This document shows, in pieces, positions 56,734 through 64,000 of a stretch of 64,000 bases of DNA (the stretch's first letter is position 1; the number at the start of each line of letters is the position of its first letter). The stretch lies in NCBI GenBank assembly GCA_964016885.1, contig OZ024754.1, positions 8,866,001 through 8,930,000 of the forward strand. Direction: 5' to 3'. Origin of the DNA: Eledone cirrhosa. Taxonomy: Eukaryota. Position numbers and translations under genes: made by a program. Under the pieces are notes generated by a model. That model ran no database searches and was not told the origin of the DNA. It saw nothing but the letters and a program-made list of their open reading frames with translations.

Positions 56734-57788
56734 AATACACAGACGAAAGAGAGATATGTAGATATATTACACATCACCGTACTAGAGGTAGCCCATATTC
56801 TAAAAATCATAATATAATAAAGTGGGGTGCGGAATTGTGTCCTGAATATAATTTTTTATCCCGTTAGTAAAATAAGTTGGATTATTTTGAATAAATCAGG
56901 AATGAATATTACATAATTATGTAATTTATGCGCTAAATTTCGTAACTCTTGATTAACTATAAATAATTTTATTGCTTATTTCAAGATTCACTTCTTTTAA
57001 AATTTTCAAATGTCAATACTTCCGGTTATGATATGAGGGACACTATATCACATCGCTTATATAAAGTTTATATTTCCGTCGCTAATTTTCTCCTTTTTCG
57101 TTTTCATAAAATTTTGCCGTAACGGGGTTTATATATAATATCGTCTTTTTTAAATGAATCATGGATTACTTTGCTGATTACAGAAGAGTCTATAACAGTC
57201 TCTCTTCTATTTCTGTGCACATTCTCAATTACGATTTTATTTGATGTATCATATCTACATTCATATACATTTGCGTATAATATCAATATGCACACTACAC
57301 ATGCTAGCAGAAAACCACCCGAAATGTGGTTTTTCAACTAGTAATTATGAATACACTCGTCATAGGCAAAATACCAATAATAGTGAACAGCAAAAAGGTA
57401 AGATTTCTTTTAATCCCCAGGAAGGATCCCCAAAGAATAACATCACAAAAAAAAAACTAGAAACAAGACATGCCTTTGGTGTAATCAAGTATTCAACACT
57501 GCAATTAATTCTAGATTCCTTATATCCTTGTCGCTTATGTTGTCATGACAAAGGACACCATTCTGGTATCATTATGAGTGTAATTAAGTGCCGTATATTA
57601 GTTACTTACAACGAAACCGGCGAATACAACACTAATTAGATAATTATGTAGATGTAGTCATTTAAATATTAACGAAACACGTGTAAGTCACATCATGAAT
57701 ATTGATCCTTCAATTATGGAATGTGGTGTATTACTGTAATTTATTAATCTCTGTCTGTCTGGAGAGAGAGATAGAGAATCAATAGAAT

Positions 57789-57826
<38 letters not shown>

Positions 57827-57984
57827 TATCAATAGAATGACAGACATGGAGACTCAGTACTTTGTGTGAAAGGATAAACTATATTTTTTTTATCTCTCTA
57901 AAGAAATCAAACTTCAACATTGTGACAGGAAAATAAAATTGGTAAGAAAAGTGAGAAGGAACCAATTCCTGGGAAAACAATGGC

Positions 57985-58340
57985 TATGGAGGGTTCCTTT
58001 GAACGTGACATGATCTCAACCAGAGCCAGCAAAGCATCATTAATTCGTATGTTACTCTGCTTACTTATTCAGTTCTTTGTATATTTTACGTTCGACAAGA
58101 TTCCAGATTTCATCCACTTACCGAGTGGGGTGAAACTGGTCAAACCTGACCAAGGAAACAATGTTTCCATTCGTCTTTCCATTGCTGATACTATCTTACC
58201 GGGTACAACTCCTGGCAGAAAGAGCAACGTGAAATACAGAGCCTTGCTCAAGAACATAACGTATTGACCGGTTCAGGAAATCGAACTCGCAACCTCACAA
58301 TTGCGAACCTAATTCCCTAACCACTAAACCAAGCGCTTTG
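57985..58340 (-). mobile_element. Second tRNA-derived SINE family (relatives at about 11200-11420, 24370-24592, 35135-35300, 38480-38720, 62525-62776)
   Basis: Minus-strand A/B-box head followed by a CTTGAGCAAG-type body. Confidence 0.65.
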
Positions 58341-58824
58341 ACTATTTATTTTGTTGGATATCAACTACAGATACAACACTGATTTTTCGTACACCTCTGT
58401 TTCCAGAGTCGTGTCGGTTTATCCGGACTATATAATAATTCAATAGAATGATATTATGTAGTCGGAAACACACTTCTCTAACCCTAAACAAAAATCTAAT
58501 GGCTCAAGTGTTTCAAATTTAAATATAACCCCACGCGGTAACAGGAAATAACTGGTCTGACGGATCACAGAAAATTCAAGTGTCCCACTTATAGATTGAT
58601 ATATAGAGAGAGAACAAAGAAGAAATATATATACTAGAAACCTGTCAACTCTCCCCGTTCAACGAGATCTCCCACCCACTTTTGGGTGGGTGAGAGATGT
58701 CTTCTTTTGTGAAAATGGGTATAGCTTTCATTATGTAAAATCTCCCCATTTTGCTTCATTTCTCCCCGTTTTAGGACCCTTATTTTCATGGTACTCCCCT
58801 TTTTGGTTTTTAGAGGTTGGCAGG

Positions 58825-58888
<64 letters not shown>

Positions 58889-58893
<5 letters not shown>

Positions 58894-59260
58894 AGGATGT
58901 GGTAAGATACCAGGTGGACCATAACGCACCAGAGTTCTCGATACCTGGGATAGTTGAGTGGGTAATATGAAAAGATTCAGGACCCCAACGGCTAAGTTCC
59001 GGCCGTTTCGACAGTTAGATCCGAACTAGCTGTCGAAACGGCCGGAGCTCAGCCGTCGGGGTCCTGAATCTTTTCATATACAATATATATAGTAATAATA
59101 ATAAATTTGAAGACTAAAATCCAAAGAGGGCTCGATAAGGATAAATATATATCAAATATATAAAAACCGTAGAGCAAATATTTATTAAAATAACAGATTA
59201 AAGTTTAAGAAGATCCCATTAAGAGTGAAAGCAGCGATTCTTTGCTTAAACTTTAATCTG

Positions 59261-59263
<3 letters not shown>
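58889..59263. mobile_element. Adjacent family C and family B fold-back elements
   Basis: C at 58889-59076 with apex GACAGTTAG(atccgaa)CTAGCTGTC; B at 59091-59263. Confidence 0.8.
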
Positions 59264-59302
<39 letters not shown>

Positions 59303-59362
59303 TATATATATATACAGATATTTCTATGCTTTATATGTTCATTCTGTCATTATCACAGCAGA

Positions 59363-59451
59363 GGTCCGACGAGCTTTTGATTCCCGAGTCGGGCCAGATC
59401 GATACAGATCGAACCTTGAGCTGATCAATAGCGAAATATATATATATCATC
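59363..59451 (+). ncRNA. Hammerhead-like motif (U4C) with long stem II, 3' side abutting a SINE tail
   Basis: GGT-CCGACGA-GCTTTTGAT(...)ATCAATAGC-GAAA-(TA)n. Confidence 0.5.
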
Positions 59452-59701
59452 ATCATCATCGTTTAACGTCTATCTTCCACGCTAGCATGGGTTTAGACGG
59501 GAATTGTCCCACTTGAGGCAAGATTGGTTGCCTTGCTCGTATAGGACTGTCTGGCAAGTTTTTTTATGGTTGGATGCCCTTCCTAACACCAACCACGTTT
59601 ACAGTGTGGACTGGGAGGTTTTTACCGTGTTACCTACACGGCCACATTACAGCGTGGACTGTGTGTTTTTTTGTCGTGACACCTACACGACCTCATTTAT
59701 T

Positions 59702-59756
<55 letters not shown>

Positions 59757-59937
59757 AGGTGAGTTTTATTGTAGTACAATAAAGCAATGCAGATATCGGA
59801 TAAGAAGCACTCTACAGTTTGTAGGACTGGAGTATACATAATATATAAGAACAAAAGATGGTTAAAGGAGTTCCATGTTGATTTAAAACTGAACTATCCA
59901 CAAGTGTTTTTTTTAGCCTTCATATCATGTCCTCCTG

Positions 59938-60004
59938 TTTTATCTGATGAAAACACAAATATTATTGCATGATGATATTTGTTTTTGAAATGCGCATAAT
60001 AAAA
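59938..60004 (+). ncRNA. Minimal type-I hammerhead in a head-to-head element (about 59754-60045)
   Basis: TTTTAT-CTGATGA-AAACACAAATATT(...)GATATTTGTTTTT-GAAA-TGCGCA-TA-ATAAAA; palindromic ATGCGCAT stem III. Confidence 0.82.
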
Positions 60005-60914
60005 TACATGGAACTCCTTTAACCATCTTTTGTTCTTATATTTTATATATATATATATATATATAAGAGGTTAACGGGACTAGTATATGGTTTCCCGGCT
60101 AGTATCGGTCGCTCTCCGACAGGTTCGCAGTCGTGCCCTTGGCTGTGGAGACTTCTGGTGTCCTTGGCCCTGGGGATACCTCCCTACTCACCACCATAGG
60201 CGCTGAGCTGGCCAGCCGCAGGTCTGAGCCTCGCGAATTGGGATGGCTCTTCCAGCGCATCTCTCTACCACCCTGCGGGGAAACGTCTTCTCCATCCTGT
60301 CCGCCGGGGCAATGGAGAGGCCAGCACGTCGGACCCCGTCTGCTCACCATACGGATTAACCACACTGTTTGACATGCATTTTTTTTTTACAAAAATTGTT
60401 GTTTTATTTAAATGTCATGGTACTTTATATCTATATATTTGTTTGTGTTTTCGTTCTGTAAGCATTATATTATATTTTATATTAAAGGGCGGAGGATTGG
60501 CAGTATCGGTAGAGGGTCGGACGCCATGCTTTGACGCATAGAGTTACGGTCCTTGCCATTCTGAGTTCAAATCCCGGCAAGGTTAACTTTGCCTTTCATC
60601 CTTTCGGGGTTTATTGCTGGCCTTGTGCCAAATGTAGAAACAATTATATTATATGTTATACAACTGAGTATATCTGCAAGCGTTAACCTAATATATCCCT
60701 TCCATATACTGTACCGATTGTGTTGTTATTTTTGTTTACCTTTTACACATTTATATATTTATAATAATAATAATAATAATAATAATAAATTTGCGTTCAC
60801 AGATTGATTTTTTTTGTTTCAGAAGATTCCGTTAAGGGTGAAAGCAGCGATTCTTTGCTTAAACTTTAATCTGTTATTTTAATATATTTTAATGTTATTT
60901 AAAGATATATATAT

Positions 60915-61239
60915 TAGAAAGTGAGGTTTATTTTACAAAATGAAAAAAAAAACGAGATGTCCTACACGAGTGAAAGTATAAGGAAAAAAGATGAAATCGA
61001 AAATGCAACTGGAGTCTTTTTTTTTTAAATATATATTTATTTGGTTCCTTTACCGGTTTCGCAGTTCTTGTGCTTTTCAAAAGTAGAATTGAGATGGAGG
61101 GTTTGTGGTTTTTCTCACAAACCCTCCATCTCAATTCTACTTTTGAAAAGCACAAGAACTGCGAAACCGGTAAAGGAACCAAATAAATATTTTTTTTTTT
61201 AAAAAGACTCCAGTTGCATTTTCGATTTCATCTTTTTTC

Positions 61240-61245
<6 letters not shown>
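60915..61245. mobile_element. Family D fold-back copy, with U3-A8 hammerhead-like motifs at about 61047-61084 (-) and 61139-61176 (+)
   Basis: Homologous to 6512-7340 but without the concatemer. Confidence 0.85.
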
Positions 61246-61278
<33 letters not shown>

Positions 61279-62300
61279 GGAAAATTTGAACAGGAACAAA
61301 ACAGAGAGGCAGTACAACGAATGTTTATTAATTTCACACTCTGGAGAGCGGGGTGGTGGTGGGGAACAACGTTTCGGGCATAAGCCAGGACCACAAATAA
61401 ATAACCGATCCGAGAGAAGCAAGACGAGGTGGCTGGTGTAAACAAACGAGACAACAGCACACACACGCACACACACACATACACACACACACACACACTG
61501 TGGCATTCGAGCGATTGTTTTGTGTGTATAGCGCGCCTACCAACCACCCACCGACCAACAAGCGACAACCAGGCAGACTACCAACACTGCCAGTATCAAA
61601 GACTGAATATAGGTAGTGTAATCGATTGACAGCGAAGTACCATCCCACTCCCATAATAAAGAGGAACTGCCTCGACCTTAGTTTGACCGCATCTATTCCG
61701 CGCTCTACAGAATATCTCAGTTGCACACAAACGGCGGACAACCGAGGTCACGTACCGTTCCTCTCCGACAGATAACTTTCCCCTTCGGAACCCCCCCCCC
61801 CCTCCTCCAGTTGATGGATGCGAAATCCGAAATATAGGGACAATTAAATCCCTCCCAAGGTAACTCTATCTCGTGTTATCTTTATTTTTACGCTCTTTCC
61901 TACGTTCCTCTACACACTATACGTCTCATTCTACATTTCCTCTTACATCTCTCTCTTCACCACCGGAGATTTACCCATCTGCATTGTTGAGGCTTACAAA
62001 ACGACCAAATTTTTTATTATTCCACAATGCTTCAAGCAAACTTCAATACCCTCATATATATATAAGTAGAAGGGATATTTAATTTGTTGGAAATTCAACA
62101 AATATAAATGTTTATAACTGATTCAGAGCACTCGACAGTTTTCTGGAGTAAATATTCAACTGATAAGGTATGGTTTCCTTGGCTATGTCAACATTTATAA
62201 AACACTCTTTGTATTTTATCTGATGAAAGCGTACCAAAATGTTATATTTGTATATATTTGTGTGTGTACATGCTATTAAAACAACTTTACTTCTGTACAG

Positions 62301-62447
62301 ACCTGATAGAATATATGACTAACAAGCTGGTTAGATACAACGTTGAAAACGAGGGTTTCGAATACGAACTGGAAAAAGTGTTGAAAGAAGTAAATTCTAA
62401 AAAGACGTTCGTCAATAAACATCGTGAAAGAATTATACAGCTGGGTG
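62301..62447 (+). CDS. Candidate 147-nt internal coding exon, product unknown
   Basis: Acceptor TTTACTTCTGTACAG, donor GTAAGT, open frame (D)LIEYMTNKLVRYNVENEGFEYELEKVLKEVNSKKTFVNKHRERIIQLG, phase 1/1. Confidence 0.45.
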
Positions 62448-63074
62448 GTAAGTTTATTGTATCGTGGGTTTCGTAGAACGTCGGGTAACATGCTTTTTGG
62501 TATACAATTACGGTAAAATAGAATGCACTCCGTCGGTTACATCATGAAATTAACGTGCAAGTGGATGAGCATTCGACAGTCACGTGTAACCTTACTGTAG
62601 TTCTCAGGAAGATTCAACATGACACAAAAGGTACAACTTATTTTTGCCAGCTGAGTGGACTGGAGCAGCGTGAAATAAAGTGTCTTGCTCAAGGACACAA
62701 CGCACCGCCGATAATCGAACTCACAACCTTACGATTGTAAGACGAATGCCCTAACCCCAAAGCCACGTGCCTTCACTTACGTTAAGATAAAGTACCTGTA
62801 ATACGCTGGGAACAATGTAATCGTCTTTCCTCTCCCCCAAGAAACTGTTGGCCTTGTGCCTAAATCAAAAACCGTTATTGATATTGTTGTTAGGGCGGTG
62901 GATTGGCAGTATCGGTAGAGGGTCGGACGCCATGCTTTGACGCATAGAGTTACGCCCTTTGCCATTCTGAGGTTAACTTTGCCTTTCATCCTTATGGGGT
63001 CGATAAAATAAAGTACCAGTAATACACTGGGTAATTACTGGCCTTGTGCCAAAAGTAGAAACAGTTATTGATAT

Positions 63075-63400
63075 TGTTGTTGTTGTTGATGATGTTATCA
63101 TTGATGTTGTTGCTGTTGGTGGTGGTGGTGGTGGTGTTGATGTTGATGTTATTGTAGTTGTTGCTGCTGTTATTGTTGTTGGTGTTGTTATTGTTATTGT
63201 TGTTATTGTAATTGTTATTGTAATTGTTATTGTTATTATTGTTATTGTTGTTGGTGTTGTTATTGTTATTGTTATTATTGTTATTGTTGTTGTTATTGTA
63301 ATTGTTATTATTGTTATTGTTGTTGGTGTTAATTGTTATTGTTATTGTTGTTATTGTTATTGTTATTGTTGTTGTTATTGTTGGTGTTGTTATCGTTACT
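63075..63400. repeat. (GTT/ATT)n compound repeat
   Basis: Direct inspection. Confidence 0.9.
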
Positions 63401-63567
63401 GCTAATGATTTTTTTGTTGGTATTATTTATTTATTTTTTATTTTTCATTCTTTGATTAAGATGGCAGAGTGGTTAGGGTGTCATATTAAAAATGGCTTGT
63501 AATTTGTTCTGGATCACTCCACTTGGGGTTCAAATCCCGACGAGGTTAACTTTGCCTTAAGTGTACA

Positions 63568-64000
63568 TGTTTGTATGTGTGTGTGTACATGTGTGTGTCT
63601 GAATTCTTGTTTGTATGTAGATGTGTGTGTCTGAATTCTTGTTTGTATGTGTGTATGTAGATGTGTGTGTCTGAATTCTTGTTTGTATGTGTGTGTGTAC
63701 ATGTGTGTGTCTGAATTCTTGTTTGTATGTGTGTATGTAGATGTGTGTGTCTGAATTCTTGTTTGTATGTGTGTATGTAGATGTGTGTGTCTGAATTCTT
63801 GTTTGTATGTGCGTATGTAGATGTGTGTGTCTGAATTCTTGTTTGTATGTGTGTGTGTACATGTGTGTGTCTGAATTCTTGTTTGTATGTGTGTGTGTAC
63901 ATGTGTGTGTCTGAATTCTTGTTTGTATGTGTGTATGTAGATGTGTCTGTCTGAATTCTTGTTTGTATGTGTGTATGTAGATGTGTGTGTCTGAATTCTT
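63568..64000. repeat. About 40-42-bp minisatellite running off the window end
   Basis: Recurring GTGTGTCTGAATTCTTGTTTGTATGT. Confidence 0.92.

Noticed and set aside
57104-57337. Signal peptide plus RNRR cleavage-like ORF
   Set aside because: Lies inside a dispersed repeat and has no ATG start or other gene context

Overview
AT-rich, extremely repeat-dense eukaryotic DNA. The SINE and microsatellite content suggests a coleoid cephalopod such as Octopus (inference). No complete protein-coding gene is present, and almost all listed ORFs are microsatellite or minisatellite translations. Recognisable content: decayed RTE, L1/Tx1 and Penelope-like (PLE) retroelement fragments, a decayed mariner, several MITEs, a Helitron-like element, many tRNA-derived SINEs, several minisatellites and one plausible coding exon near 62.3 kb. 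The main signal is about 15 minimal type-I hammerhead ribozyme motifs, some intact and some decayed, two families having a compensatory U3-A8 core. They sit in short non-coding elements that land in (TA)n tracts, often as head-to-head fold-back palindromes whose apex falls at a hammerhead helix or at the element 5' end. One element carries an 8-copy 69-bp concatemer whose unit runs from the element 5' end to the predicted self-cleavage site. All structures were folded by eye and no ribozyme activity is demonstrated.
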